A DNA stretch of 64,000 bases from an uncultured Ruminococcus sp. (GCA_902762505.1 CACWOQ010000012.1:2481-66480); one strand, 5' to 3'. Positions 20,219 through 30,573 are shown, counted from the first letter of the stretch. The notes: generated from the sequence alone by a model not told the origin. Numbers and translations: made by a program.

Positions 20219-21092
20219 ACTTTTTGTTTTCCAGATAAGCCCGGACTGTCATACCGGTCTCGCGCTTAAAGTAGTATGAAAGATAGTACGGAGATGAAAA
20301 ATCCATTACGGACGCAATGTCCTTAACGCTGTGTCCGGCGGACAGCAGCTCCATTACACGGCTGATCCTTAAACTGTGGAAGTACTTCATTACGCCGCAA
20401 CCGGTGAAGCGGCGGAAAACCTCCTTAACTTTGCCGGGCGACTCGTATACGCCCCGGCTCACGTCGTCAACCGTGAGGTTTTTGTCCGCGTTATCACGCA
20501 GATATGCCATTATTTTCGCATAGCACAGCGCCGACGCGTCGCTTGACGGCATATCTCGCGCCGATTTGCCGCGTTCGATAAGCGAAAGACATAAGAGCTC
20601 AAGCAGAGTCCTGATCGACTGGACGTGTACGTCGTCTGCGGAGACGGACGAAAACGCGCGCGTCAGCGCAAGATCGCCGTGCGCATCGTCGCCGAAAAGT
20701 TTGACGAGGTGACCGATGATCCCGTCGAATACTGAGTTCTCCGATGAAGAAGAAGTGTATTTGCCGGGAAACAGATCAGAGGCGGATCCGTACAGATCGA
20801 AAGTGAGAGTCAGCAGACGGCAGCTTTCTCCGCGTTCCACCCACATGCTGTGGAAACTGTCCGGAGAGTGCAGGATCATATCTCCCTTACGGCAAATATA
20901 GGTGTCATCGTTCGTCGTGACTGTACAGACGCCGTCGTCGACGTAAGAAATCTCGCGGAAATGATGGCGCTCGCCCGGAAAAACAAAACCGTCCGAATAC
21001 GTTGTATATATGACGGTATAAAAGTTTTTAACTCCGAGAAGCGGGTAAACCGGAATCGGTGAAATCGATAAACGTTTGTTTTCTTCTTTCAT
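20217..21092 (-). CDS. AraC family transcriptional regulator
   Basis: N-terminal cupin (GERHHFREISYV, PDSFH); C-terminal HTH FSSPYYLSYYFKRETG. Confidence 0.9.
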   Translation of the reverse strand: MKEENKRLSISPIPVYPLLGVKNFYTVIYTTYSDGFVFPGERHHFREISYVDDGVCTVTTNDDTYICRKGDMILHSPDSFHSMWVERGESCRLLTLTFDLYGSASDLFPGKYTSSSSENSVFDGIIGHLVKLFGDDAHGDLALTRAFSSVSADDVHVQSIRTLLELLCLSLIERGKSARDMPSSDASALCYAKIMAYLRDNADKNLTVDDVSRGVYESPGKVKEVFRRFTGCGVMKYFHSLRISRVMELLSAGHSVKDIASVMDFSSPYYLSYYFKRETGMTVRAYLENKK

Positions 21093-21211
21093 ACGGACCT
21101 GCCGAATTCGTATTTTTATTGGATAAATTAGTATTGCGAAGCGCAATAAATACGATTATAATAAGAGTATACGATATAAAATAATATTTGTCAATACCGG
21201 AGGTCAAAAAA

Positions 21212-22363
21212 ATGAGCAAAATCAGACTCGGATTTTTAGGCGTCGGTCCCCGCGGATCACAGCTTGTTGACTGTTATTCCATGCATAACGACGTTGAGTT
21301 TGTAGCGTTTGCGGATATAGCGGAAAACAGATCCGCACAGGTCGCAGACGCGTATAACCGTGATCACGGCGGAGACGCACGTGCGTTCACTTGTTATGAG
21401 GATATGATGAAAGAAGCGAAGATGGACGCGCTTATCATCGGTATAGATCCGGACAAACAGGTCGATTACGCGGTCGACGCCATGCATAAAGGTATTCACG
21501 TCATGACGGAAGTGCCCGCGGCGTTTACGATCAAACAGTGCCGCGACCTTGTGGACGCGGCAAGAGCCACCGGGTGTAAATACCAGCTTGCCGAACAGAC
21601 GAGGTACTGGAACTTCGTTAAGGAATGGCGTAAAATGGCGGCGGCGGGAGAGTTCGGTAAGATCTATTACGCTGAGGGCGAGTATCTTCACTACGAGCCC
21701 TATTGGGATCTGCTTCGGAACAAAAAGACGAATTACGCCGTATGCCCGAAGACTCCGGACGAGATGAACGACCCGGACTGCGTGCCGTCGTGGAGGTATT
21801 ACGCGTTCATTGAACCGATACTGTATCTGCCTCACGAGCTGTCCCCGCTGCTTTCCGTCACCGGCGGCAGGATCGTTAAGGTGAGCTGCATGGGTACGCG
21901 CCGCGGAAGTTATGCTGAACCGCACTTCGATATGACGGATATACAGACGGCGCTTATGTATAACAGCGACGACGTCATATTCTCTCTGCGCGCCGGTTTT
22001 TCCGCGCCGTACGGGAGCAAAGCCCAGACGTTCGCACACTGGTATCAGATAAAGGGGAGCAAATCGTCGGTTGAAACGTGCCGTACCACGATCGACACGA
22101 TGAAGATATTCCATCCGGAGACGAGCTGGCTTCCCGCGGACTGGGGAACGGTCGACCCGGAACAGCCGGAGTTTATTCGCACGGCGCTTCACGGAGGATC
22201 GGATTTCTACCCGATCATGTATTTTATCGATGCAATAAAGAACGATACGACGCCTCCGATGGACGTATATAAAGCGGTCGAGACCGCGGCGCCTGCAATA
22301 ATCGCCGCCGAATCGGCGAGACGCGGAGGCGAGCTGCTCGAGGTGCCGGATTTCAGAGCGTAA
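21212..22363 (+). CDS. Gfo/Idh/MocA family NAD-dependent oxidoreductase (GH109-like)
   Basis: GVGPRG Rossmann motif, EVPA, AEGEYLH, LYLPH, HGGSD; GGAGG RBS. Confidence 0.85.
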   Translation: MSKIRLGFLGVGPRGSQLVDCYSMHNDVEFVAFADIAENRSAQVADAYNRDHGGDARAFTCYEDMMKEAKMDALIIGIDPDKQVDYAVDAMHKGIHVMTEVPAAFTIKQCRDLVDAARATGCKYQLAEQTRYWNFVKEWRKMAAAGEFGKIYYAEGEYLHYEPYWDLLRNKKTNYAVCPKTPDEMNDPDCVPSWRYYAFIEPILYLPHELSPLLSVTGGRIVKVSCMGTRRGSYAEPHFDMTDIQTALMYNSDDVIFSLRAGFSAPYGSKAQTFAHWYQIKGSKSSVETCRTTIDTMKIFHPETSWLPADWGTVDPEQPEFIRTALHGGSDFYPIMYFIDAIKNDTTPPMDVYKAVETAAPAIIAAESARRGGELLEVPDFRA

Positions 22364-22367
22364 ACGT

Positions 22368-24020
22368 ATGAAAATTTGTTATTACTTTGATGAAAGCAGA
22401 AAAAAAGTCTGCAACAGCGCGGGGCTCGATTACACCCCGGCGTATATTCCCGTAATGCTGAAAACAGCCGGATTGACGGGCTCGCCCGTTTCCGCATCCG
22501 GCGTCCGTGAGCTGTCAGCCGGCGACGTTCTGATCATCGGCGCCGAAACTCTTGACCCAAACGCCGCGGAGGATATAAAAAAAGCCGCCGACAGAGGCTG
22601 CCGGATAATAGGTTTCGGCACGGAGGCTCCGGAGCTTTTCCCTGAGACGGAGCCGTTCGAGCCGGGCGGCGGCGCGTATGACGTAAGCGGATATTTCAGA
22701 TATTCAGACAGCGTGTCGCTTCCGGTGATAGGGCGTGTCGCCGCAATAAAAAACGCGCCCGTTCTCGGTACGTTTGAGAGTCTGAACGGTTGTGCGGTCC
22801 CGGCTTATTCGGCTGACGGCGGTGTTTATTACTATTCGTTCGATCTTCCGCTGACGTTATGGCACGCCGCCGACGGCAGACCCACGTATGAGCCGCGCCA
22901 GGACTTTGTGCCGTTCGGGCGCGTGCCGGACGGCTGTGTTCTGCCTGACGACTATGATTTTGACGTGCCTTACGCCGATGAGTATATGAAACGAGTATGC
23001 GATGCCGTCGGTTTTCCGCGCGTTTTCGAGCTTCCGGCGGATAACGACGATATATACGACTTTTCTCTTTATTTTGCCGGCGACGATGACGCCGGCTCAG
23101 CCGACAACGATATTTACGCCGCGCGCGAAATGGCGAAGCGCGGACTGCCGTATCATATAAACCTTATGCCGGCAAACGATGAAGGCGATTTTGTTATAAA
23201 CAGGGATCAGTACGAATATCTCGGGTCGATCGGATGCGAAACCGATCTGCATTTCGATTTTACCCGTTTCGAATATTCTGAAGACGGATATAAAAAGCAG
23301 GCGGGGATGTATGAAAGAGCGTTCGGCAATAAACCTGTCTGTCCCGTGAACCACTGTCTGATTCAGGCAGGCGAGGCGGCTGACAGATACCGTTATCAGT
23401 CGGCTTGCAAAGCGATAAGCGACAACAACCGTTTTCAGACGAAACCCGATAAAAACAATATAAACGCTTTCAATCTTACCGGATTTGCGTCCGGCACCTC
23501 GTATCCGCGCTTTGTGCTCGATAACGCCGCGCACGGCAACGCCCCGATTCCGTTCTGCGAGATAAACAACTCGTATTACGAGCCGAGAATATATACCGGG
23601 GCGCCGGAGGAGTATGAAAAACTGGAAAAATATCTCGACGCCGGTTCAGACCGCGCTATGACGCTTCAGCTTTTCCTTCATCCGCACTATATCTCCGGAA
23701 AGATCGGATTCGATCCGTCGCCGGCTCTGCGCGCTCTCGATCACGCGCTGGCTTATATAAGAAATAAAAAAATGAAAGTGTGGTTCACCGCGCCGCAGGC
23801 GCTTTCAAAGTGGTGGCACAGCCGCGCCGAATGCGCGATAACGGACGTAGAGAACAACGGATTTGTCTTTGACAACAGGACCGGAAGGCAAGCCGCCGTC
23901 GTGCTTCCGTGCCGCGTCAATACGGTTTTCGTGAACAATGAAAACGACCGTATAATAAAAAAGCGCGGCGTCTGTTACGTTCCGCTTGGACCGGGCAGAT
24001 CTGAAGTCAAATACGAATAA
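22368..24020 (+). CDS. Hypothetical protein with possible NodB/polysaccharide-deacetylase-like barrel
   Basis: GDDDAG, DLHFD, NHCL and FLHPH motifs in deacetylase-like order; 4 nt after the oxidoreductase. Confidence 0.55.
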   Translation: MKICYYFDESRKKVCNSAGLDYTPAYIPVMLKTAGLTGSPVSASGVRELSAGDVLIIGAETLDPNAAEDIKKAADRGCRIIGFGTEAPELFPETEPFEPGGGAYDVSGYFRYSDSVSLPVIGRVAAIKNAPVLGTFESLNGCAVPAYSADGGVYYYSFDLPLTLWHAADGRPTYEPRQDFVPFGRVPDGCVLPDDYDFDVPYADEYMKRVCDAVGFPRVFELPADNDDIYDFSLYFAGDDDAGSADNDIYAAREMAKRGLPYHINLMPANDEGDFVINRDQYEYLGSIGCETDLHFDFTRFEYSEDGYKKQAGMYERAFGNKPVCPVNHCLIQAGEAADRYRYQSACKAISDNNRFQTKPDKNNINAFNLTGFASGTSYPRFVLDNAAHGNAPIPFCEINNSYYEPRIYTGAPEEYEKLEKYLDAGSDRAMTLQLFLHPHYISGKIGFDPSPALRALDHALAYIRNKKMKVWFTAPQALSKWWHSRAECAITDVENNGFVFDNRTGRQAAVVLPCRVNTVFVNNENDRIIKKRGVCYVPLGPGRSEVKYE

Positions 24021-24046
24021 AGAGGAGCAGACGCTCCTCTTTATTC
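24015..24046. terminator. Bidirectional terminator spanning both stop codons
   Basis: Perfect 14-bp IR GAATAAAGAGGAGC-AGAC-GCTCCTCTTTATTC. Confidence 0.85.
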
Positions 24047-25222
24047 ATAAAGCTTGTATTTTTCATTATCACGGTCAAATCTGACGGCGTCCGCGTTCCA
24101 TTTTTTCATAATGGCGTCGGTATCCGGCGGCAGGAGCCTGAGATCGCCGTTGCCGACGGACAGATCTATATGGTATCTGCCGCCTTCGGTTTTCGGCGGA
24201 GTGAAGATGAAATCGTCCGGATACATCGATCTGAGCGTGTTGATCACCGCAACGCCGAGACGCACCGGCTGAAGCGCACGCTTGTCCGTTACGTGTATCG
24301 TGACGCCGTAGAGCGTCTCTCCCGCCGATTTCGAAAAATCGGGCCGGAAGTACGCCGGGCTGAAATCAACGCCGGGAAGCTCCGCTTTGCGCAGTTCTTC
24401 GATAAAAGCGTACGGGTCGATAAAGCCCGCGCCGATCATCGAAAACGGCAGAGTTGTTCCTCGTCCCTCCGAAACGTTCGTACCGGCGAGCATACAAGTG
24501 CCGTTGTACAGCAGAACGGAATCAAAGGTGGGAAGATTCGGACTCGGACGGACGAACGGCAGGGACGTGTCGTCCCAGAACATATCGCGCCGCCAGCCGC
24601 TCATTGTGACTACGTGAAGCTCGCAGTTCAGACCGTACCGTCCGTTATAGAACCGCGCAAGCTCGCCGACGGTCATTCCGTGACGTATCGGTACCTCCGT
24701 CAGCCCGATGAAAGAGAGATTTTTACGCTCGGGCAGGCAGCCCTCGACCGCGCCGCCGATCGGGTTCGGACGGTCAAGCACGGTAAGCGGTATGCCGCGT
24801 GCGCCGCAGGCGCGCATAACGTAAAACAGCGTGGAAACGTAGGTGAAATACCGTGAGCCGACGTCCTGCATATCGAAAACGATCATATCGGTAAGAGAAA
24901 GCGCCTCGTCCGACGGCGAGTAGGCGCGCTCCGTGACGGTTTTGTCGGCGGATGAGTAAAAGTCCTCAAACAGACTGTATACGGGAAGCCCCGTGAAACG
25001 GTCGATGCCGCCGGAGATCTTTTCGCCGGGTCCTGCGACGCCGCGCGGACCGTGCTCCGGCGACAGAATGCACCGGACGTCGAATTCTTCATTCAGTATA
25101 TCAACGGGAAATCTCATCGACGATCCGAGCCCCGAAGCGGACGAGATAACGGCAAGCCTCTTTCCCGAAAGAAGCTTGCGTACATCATACTCTTTTATTC
25201 TGTCAATGCCGAGTAAAACCAT
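24041..25222 (-). CDS. namZ: Exo-beta-N-acetylmuramidase NamZ (DUF1343)
   Basis: SPEHG, FDMQDVGSRYFTY, LDRPNPIGG, RHGMTVGELA, PSPNLP, SEGRGTT. Confidence 0.92.
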   Translation of the reverse strand: MVLLGIDRIKEYDVRKLLSGKRLAVISSASGLGSSMRFPVDILNEEFDVRCILSPEHGPRGVAGPGEKISGGIDRFTGLPVYSLFEDFYSSADKTVTERAYSPSDEALSLTDMIVFDMQDVGSRYFTYVSTLFYVMRACGARGIPLTVLDRPNPIGGAVEGCLPERKNLSFIGLTEVPIRHGMTVGELARFYNGRYGLNCELHVVTMSGWRRDMFWDDTSLPFVRPSPNLPTFDSVLLYNGTCMLAGTNVSEGRGTTLPFSMIGAGFIDPYAFIEELRKAELPGVDFSPAYFRPDFSKSAGETLYGVTIHVTDKRALQPVRLGVAVINTLRSMYPDDFIFTPPKTEGGRYHIDLSVGNGDLRLLPPDTDAIMKKWNADAVRFDRDNEKYKLYE

Positions 25223-25268
25223 AACGCACCTCCAACGTATATTTTATCATGAAATTTCAATTATACGA

Positions 25269-25297
25269 TTGACAATATTATTCGCGTATGTTAAAAT
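25269..25297 (+). promoter_or_regulatory. sigmaA promoter of the luxE-luxC operon
   Basis: TTGACA-17nt-TAAAAT with TG extension. Confidence 0.75.
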
Positions 25298-25329
25298 ATG
25301 TACAATAAATATGACAAGGCGGGCAATGA

Positions 25330-26445
25330 ATGCGATACAGACGCAGGGTTTTCTCAAAAAAACCGTTTGACGCGCACGATAACGGAGACTTTGTAAAAGC
25401 CGTCGCGGAGCTTACGCGATATCATATAAAGCACAATGAAAAATACGCAAGGCTTACACAGGCGCAGGGCTTTGATCCGGACTGCCTTGTTGACGACGGA
25501 TCGCTGTACAAGCTGCCGTTCATTCCGACGGTAACGTTCAAAAAGCACGAGCTTTTTTCAATGAAGAAGAGCGCCGTGCCGGTCAAGGTCACTTCGTCCG
25601 GCACGTCGGGCGGCGCCGGCGTTATAGGCTTCGAGCTGTCGGGACTTTGGCAGGCGCTGAAAATGACGCTTAAAATATTCTCATACAAACGCCTTTTCTC
25701 GCCGCGGCTGACGAACTATATCGTCTTCGGCTACAAGCCCGACTCAAAAAACAAAACGGCGGTATCAAAAACGGCGTTCGGCGCAACTCTTTTTGCGCCG
25801 GCGTGTCACCGCGTCTATGCGCTCACAAGGAAAAACGGAAAATACGAGGCTGATCTTGACAAAGTATGCGAAGCGATCGTCAGATTTTCACGCTCGTCTC
25901 ATCCGGTGCGCTTTATGGGATTTCCGTCATATACGTATTTTACGATGAGAATGCTCGAGCAGAAGGGCATAAAAGTCAAGCTTCCGCGCGGCTCTAAAAT
26001 AATGCTCGCCGGCGGATGGAAGCAGTATTACCGCGAGCAGGTCGACAAAGAGGAGTTTTACGAAACGGCGAAACGCGTGCTCGGCGTTGACGACCGCGAT
26101 ATAGTCGAATTTTACGGCGCGGTCGAGCATCCGATAGCTTACTGCGACTGCGAAAACCATCATTTTCACGTAACGTCGTACAGCCGCGTCATAATACGCG
26201 ACGTAAGCACTTTGAAGCCTGTTCCTTTCGGCGAGCCGGGGCTCGTAGAGCTTATAACGCCGATGATAAAGGCTACGCCGATAACCGCCGTTATGACGGA
26301 CGATCTCGGCGTGATGCGCCCGGGATCCGATTGCGGATGCGGCATAGAAGCGCCGTATTTTGAAATAATCGGGCGTGTTGGCCTGAAGGATATCAAGACC
26401 TGTGCCGCCGGCGCCGCAAAGCTGCTTTACGAGGTGAAGCTATGA
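25330..26445 (+). CDS. luxE: LuxE-family acyl-protein synthetase
   Basis: LPFIP..FK, TSSGTSG, GGWK, FYGAVE, TDDLG, FEIIGR, C-terminal KTCA cysteine. Confidence 0.88.
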   Translation: MRYRRRVFSKKPFDAHDNGDFVKAVAELTRYHIKHNEKYARLTQAQGFDPDCLVDDGSLYKLPFIPTVTFKKHELFSMKKSAVPVKVTSSGTSGGAGVIGFELSGLWQALKMTLKIFSYKRLFSPRLTNYIVFGYKPDSKNKTAVSKTAFGATLFAPACHRVYALTRKNGKYEADLDKVCEAIVRFSRSSHPVRFMGFPSYTYFTMRMLEQKGIKVKLPRGSKIMLAGGWKQYYREQVDKEEFYETAKRVLGVDDRDIVEFYGAVEHPIAYCDCENHHFHVTSYSRVIIRDVSTLKPVPFGEPGLVELITPMIKATPITAVMTDDLGVMRPGSDCGCGIEAPYFEIIGRVGLKDIKTCAAGAAKLLYEVKL

Positions 26446-27719
26446 TCCTATATCGCGGAAAAATCTACGATACTGCGTGCCGTGACAAACTTTTGTCCAC
26501 GCTTTATGATGACGTGAACGAAACGCTGTACAAAAGCACGCTTGACAGACAAAAGCTTCTGCGCTCGGTCGACAAGATCGCGTCGGGACTTCTGTCCGGG
26601 AAATACAGTCATCTGATAAAAGAGCTTGATATAGACGGGCTCGACGGGCAGATCGAACGCGCCGCGGAGCTGATGAGATACGAAAACACGGCTGAGCTTA
26701 TAAAAGCGCAGCTTCCGCACGCCGGTTCGGGAGAGGGCGTGAAAAGGTATATCATGCCGTCCGGCGTACTGTTCCATATCGCCGCCGGAAACGCGGACGT
26801 CCTGCCGGCTTACAGCGTGCTTTCGGGGCTTGTCTGCGGAAACGTGAACGTTTTAAAGCTTCCGTCGCAGGACAACGGGATCACGGTGAAAATAATGTCT
26901 AGACTCGTTGAAGAAATGCCGGAGCTTGCGGAGTATATTTACGTTTTCGACACGCCGTCGTCCGACGTGCCTTCGATGATCAAAATGGCGAACGTCGCCG
27001 ACAGGATAGTCGTATGGGGCGGTGACGAGGCTGTCTCCGCCGTGCGCCGTATCGCGCCGCCGAGCGTGCCGATAGTCGAATGGGGGCACAGGATAGGCTT
27101 CTGCTGTGTGACGGGCGGTTTTGAAAAACATGAAGATGAGCTTTACAAACTCGCGGAACATATAATAAAGACGTCACAGCTTTTTTGCAGCAGCTGTCAG
27201 AGGATCTATGTAATAGATCCGGATCCGTATTCGGCTGACCGTTTCTGCCGCTTTTTCCTGCCGATATTACAGGAGGAAAGATACAAAAGACCGCAAAAGG
27301 ATATCGGAGCCGTCGCGGAGGCGACGCTGATACGCTGTTCGCGATCGGTCGAGGCGGCTATGACCGGCGTAAAAACCGCGGACAGGGTCTATACGGGCGA
27401 CGGATGCTCGCTTTCCGTAAAGGATGACCCGGAGCTTGAAATATCCGGATTCTTCGGGCACGTTGACGTCACGGCGCTGTCTTTGGAGGAGCTGTTCCGT
27501 ACTCTGCGCCGAAAGCGCGGATACTTGCAGACCGCTTCGGTGATTGCGGACGGCGACGAGCTTGAGCGAATTGAGAATACCGTAATTCGCGCCGGGGTCG
27601 TGCGGATCACGCCGCCGGACAAAATGTCGTTTGCGTATACCGCAGAGCCTCACGACGGTGTGGCTGAGCTCGGCAGATATTGCAGGATCGTAAGCAAATA
27701 CACGGAGGAAGTGTTATGA
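26442..27719 (+). CDS. luxC: LuxC-family acyl-CoA reductase
   Basis: GVLFHIAAGN, GNVNVLKLPS, WGGDEAV, QLFCSS catalytic Cys, PHDG; ATGA-coupled to luxE. Confidence 0.88.
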   Translation: MILYRGKIYDTACRDKLLSTLYDDVNETLYKSTLDRQKLLRSVDKIASGLLSGKYSHLIKELDIDGLDGQIERAAELMRYENTAELIKAQLPHAGSGEGVKRYIMPSGVLFHIAAGNADVLPAYSVLSGLVCGNVNVLKLPSQDNGITVKIMSRLVEEMPELAEYIYVFDTPSSDVPSMIKMANVADRIVVWGGDEAVSAVRRIAPPSVPIVEWGHRIGFCCVTGGFEKHEDELYKLAEHIIKTSQLFCSSCQRIYVIDPDPYSADRFCRFFLPILQEERYKRPQKDIGAVAEATLIRCSRSVEAAMTGVKTADRVYTGDGCSLSVKDDPELEISGFFGHVDVTALSLEELFRTLRRKRGYLQTASVIADGDELERIENTVIRAGVVRITPPDKMSFAYTAEPHDGVAELGRYCRIVSKYTEEVL

Positions 27720-28669
27720 AAATATCAAATATGAACGTTCCCGGAATCGACACCTCGTTTATAACGGAATTCCCGAACAGAGTATCGGACAAGCTGTATT
27801 GCCGCGATCCGTTCATAATGCCCGCCGGGGGTGACTATTTTCTGTACAGATCGGCGGGTGAGCGCGGAGTCGAGGTCCTTGTCAGCCGCGATCTTGAAAA
27901 CTGGTCCGATCCGATCCCGGTTTATAAAAAACCGGACGGTCATCCGGGCGTAAAGGACTTTTTCTGGGCGCCCGAGTGCCATTATTACAAGGGCGCGTTC
28001 TATCTGTTCACCTCGGTATTCAACCGGGAAATAAATCACAGAAGTATTTCGGTTTATCGCGCGGAAAGCCCGCTCGGACCGTTTACGGATATCGCCGGTT
28101 ACTGCGTTTCGCCGCGCGAATGGGACTGCATAGACGGCACGCTTTACGTTGACGGCGACGGTCAGCCGTGGCTCGTATTCGTTCACGAGTGGACCTGTAT
28201 GCCGGATAACGTCGGCGCCATGGTGACGGCGAAGCTTTCGGACGATCTGTCGCATCTTATTTCGGAGCCGGTGCAGCTGTTTCTCGCAAACGAACCCGCC
28301 TGGACCGATCACGGTGTGACGGACGGTCCCTTCATCGGTATCACGGATTCCGGCAGGATGATCATGACGTGGTCGAATTTCATCCCCGAGACGCCGTACG
28401 GATACGCGGTCGGCGTCGCATTCTCGCAAACGGGACTGATAACCGGTCCGTGGATACAGCAGGATAAGGAAATATACAGCCGCGGGCAAAGACCGGAATT
28501 CATATACGACGGCGGTCACGCCATGATGTTTTACGGGCATGACGGCACGCTGTACATGACCTTCCACACGCCGAACGAGGCGGTGGAAACTTACGAGCAC
28601 GTGGCTGTCATGAAAGTGACCGAAAAGAATGATACGGTTGAGCTTGAGCCGTATAAGATCATAAAATAA
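27716..28669 (+). CDS. Glycoside hydrolase family 43
   Basis: RDPFI, FWAPE, CIDGTL, DGGHAM; ATGA overlap with luxC. Confidence 0.88.
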   Translation: MKISNMNVPGIDTSFITEFPNRVSDKLYCRDPFIMPAGGDYFLYRSAGERGVEVLVSRDLENWSDPIPVYKKPDGHPGVKDFFWAPECHYYKGAFYLFTSVFNREINHRSISVYRAESPLGPFTDIAGYCVSPREWDCIDGTLYVDGDGQPWLVFVHEWTCMPDNVGAMVTAKLSDDLSHLISEPVQLFLANEPAWTDHGVTDGPFIGITDSGRMIMTWSNFIPETPYGYAVGVAFSQTGLITGPWIQQDKEIYSRGQRPEFIYDGGHAMMFYGHDGTLYMTFHTPNEAVETYEHVAVMKVTEKNDTVELEPYKIIK

Positions 28670-28688
28670 AGACAAAGGGGAGTCTGAT

Positions 28689-29567
28689 ATGAAAAAGAAA
28701 GTGATCAAACTCATCATCAGCTTAGTCATAATCGCTGTCGCGGTCGTTATAGGGGTGATAACGAAAGCAATTGATTTTACAAAGATCGATCTGCGGATGA
28801 ATTTCGCGTCGATACTGAAGGTGGTAATAATGGCGCTTTCGGTCGTCGCGGTCGAGACGGTCCTGTCGCTCGCTCTGTCTCTGCCGAAGCCCGAGAATCA
28901 CAGAGCGAGATCCGTTCTTTCGATCCTGTCGAGCCTGCTCAAATACATCGCGTTCATCGTGATACTCTGCTGGGGACTCTCGATCCTCGGCGTCAACGTG
29001 TCGACGATAGTCGCAAGCGTCGGGATCATCGCGCTCGTCGTCGGTTTCTCGGCTGAAAGCCTCATAGCCGACGTCGTGACCGGCGCGTTCATGCTTTTTG
29101 AAAACCAGTACAACGTCGGAGATATCGTCGAGGTGGACGGCTTCCGCGGCACGGTGACGAATATCGGCATCCGTACGACGTCTTTGACCGACCCCGGAGA
29201 CAACGTGAAGATCGTGAACAATTCCGCGATGAAGAACATACTGAACCGCTCGGACAAGCTGTCGCGAAGCGTAAGCGAGATCGCTATCCCGTACGCCACG
29301 GATCTTGAAAAGCTCGAGGAGCAGATCCCGGCTCTCATGGACCGCATTTACGTGAACAGACAGGACGTGTTCAAGGCTCCGCCGAAATATCTCGGCGTGC
29401 AGGAGCTGGCGGAAAGCTCGGTCGTGCTGAAATTCGTCGTGAACGTGGACGAAAAGGACATATATTCCGGCAGCAGACTGCTCAACCGCGATCTTCTGCT
29501 CGGCTTCAGGTCGCTCGGAGTCGAATGCCCGTTCCCGCAGATCGACGTTCATCCGGACAAGGCTTGA
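28689..29567 (+). CDS. mscS: Small-conductance mechanosensitive channel (MscS family)
   Basis: TM helices, VGF.A..LIAD, ENQYNVGD.V, IGIRTT, PFPQ. Confidence 0.92.
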   Translation: MKKKVIKLIISLVIIAVAVVIGVITKAIDFTKIDLRMNFASILKVVIMALSVVAVETVLSLALSLPKPENHRARSVLSILSSLLKYIAFIVILCWGLSILGVNVSTIVASVGIIALVVGFSAESLIADVVTGAFMLFENQYNVGDIVEVDGFRGTVTNIGIRTTSLTDPGDNVKIVNNSAMKNILNRSDKLSRSVSEIAIPYATDLEKLEEQIPALMDRIYVNRQDVFKAPPKYLGVQELAESSVVLKFVVNVDEKDIYSGSRLLNRDLLLGFRSLGVECPFPQIDVHPDKA

Positions 29568-29600
29568 TGAAAACCGTGCGGATAAAGGAGGCGGGGCTTT

Positions 29601-30524
29601 GTGAGATCCGGTAATTACGATGAATACCGCTTTGATCCTGAGCTTGAAGACGGTCACGTCGCCCGCGAATTCACCTTGGCTGACGAATACCGCGAGCCGA
29701 AGGAGTTTGACGCCGTGACGACGGCGAAAACGGCGGATAAAGACGAGACGAGAAGAAAAAGGCTCAAAAAGCTGCTGTTCATACCGCTTTCGTCGGCGCT
29801 TGCCGCGGTATCGCTTGTTTTCGCTTCGTTCAGCGTCGATCCGCTCGGGACTGACGTATTCGGCGCGGATAAGATCGTGTCGTCTCTGTCTTTTCCGGTT
29901 TTGCCGAACGTGGATCCGGATTTCGGCGGCGATTACGCCTGGGCGGGGCAGGGCTCCGAGGAATACGTTCTCGTCGATTCCCATTTTCTCCACGCCGGAA
30001 CGTATTACGGACCGAACGGAGAACAGATAGAAACGCTTGAAGGCGCAAGATATGACAAAGGCAAAAACGTGCTGACGCTCGAAAACTACAACGGCGGATA
30101 TATAGAAACCAACCTTATGGGAAACGGCTTCAAAATCGAGCTGATCGGTGAAAACACGATAGGCGCCTTGAAGATATACGGAGCCATGTACGGCGGAAGC
30201 GTCACGTTCTGCGGTGAGGGATCGTTAAAGATCAACGAAGGACTCAACTACGGTACGGCGTTCACGCTCGAATGCGAGGCGAGCCCCTCGTGCGTCATGA
30301 TCAAAAAGGGCGCCGAAGTCGAGCTGTTCGGCACCGACGCCGCGCTTTTGATCCGCGCAACGACGCTTGATAAGGCGCTTTATACGGAGCCGGGCGTCAC
30401 CGTCGCGGGCGGTGAGGTGAGCGTCACCGGTACGCGGGAGCAGAACGGCGAAAAGCTGTACGATCTTGCCGCACTCGATGAAAACGGAGCGGTATCAAAG
30501 CACGTCGTATTCAAAGCGGAATAA
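29601..30524 (+). CDS. Hypothetical single-pass membrane protein with beta-rich extracytoplasmic domain
   Basis: GTG start after AAGGAGG; acidic N-terminus, RRKRLKK then TM helix; LTLENYNG...GEGSLKI. Confidence 0.7.
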   Translation: MRSGNYDEYRFDPELEDGHVAREFTLADEYREPKEFDAVTTAKTADKDETRRKRLKKLLFIPLSSALAAVSLVFASFSVDPLGTDVFGADKIVSSLSFPVLPNVDPDFGGDYAWAGQGSEEYVLVDSHFLHAGTYYGPNGEQIETLEGARYDKGKNVLTLENYNGGYIETNLMGNGFKIELIGENTIGALKIYGAMYGGSVTFCGEGSLKINEGLNYGTAFTLECEASPSCVMIKKGAEVELFGTDAALLIRATTLDKALYTEPGVTVAGGEVSVTGTREQNGEKLYDLAALDENGAVSKHVVFKAE

Positions 30525-30539
30525 TAACGTATAAAACAA

Positions 30540-30573
30540 AAAAGGACGCATGCCGTGCGGCAGGCGTCCTTTT
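30540..30573. terminator. Bidirectional terminator
   Basis: AAAAGGACGC.TGCC...GGCA.GCGTCCTTTT. Confidence 0.75.

Noticed and set aside
25330-27719. Bioluminescence operon
   Set aside because: No luxA/luxB/luxD in the window; the gene content suggests an anaerobe
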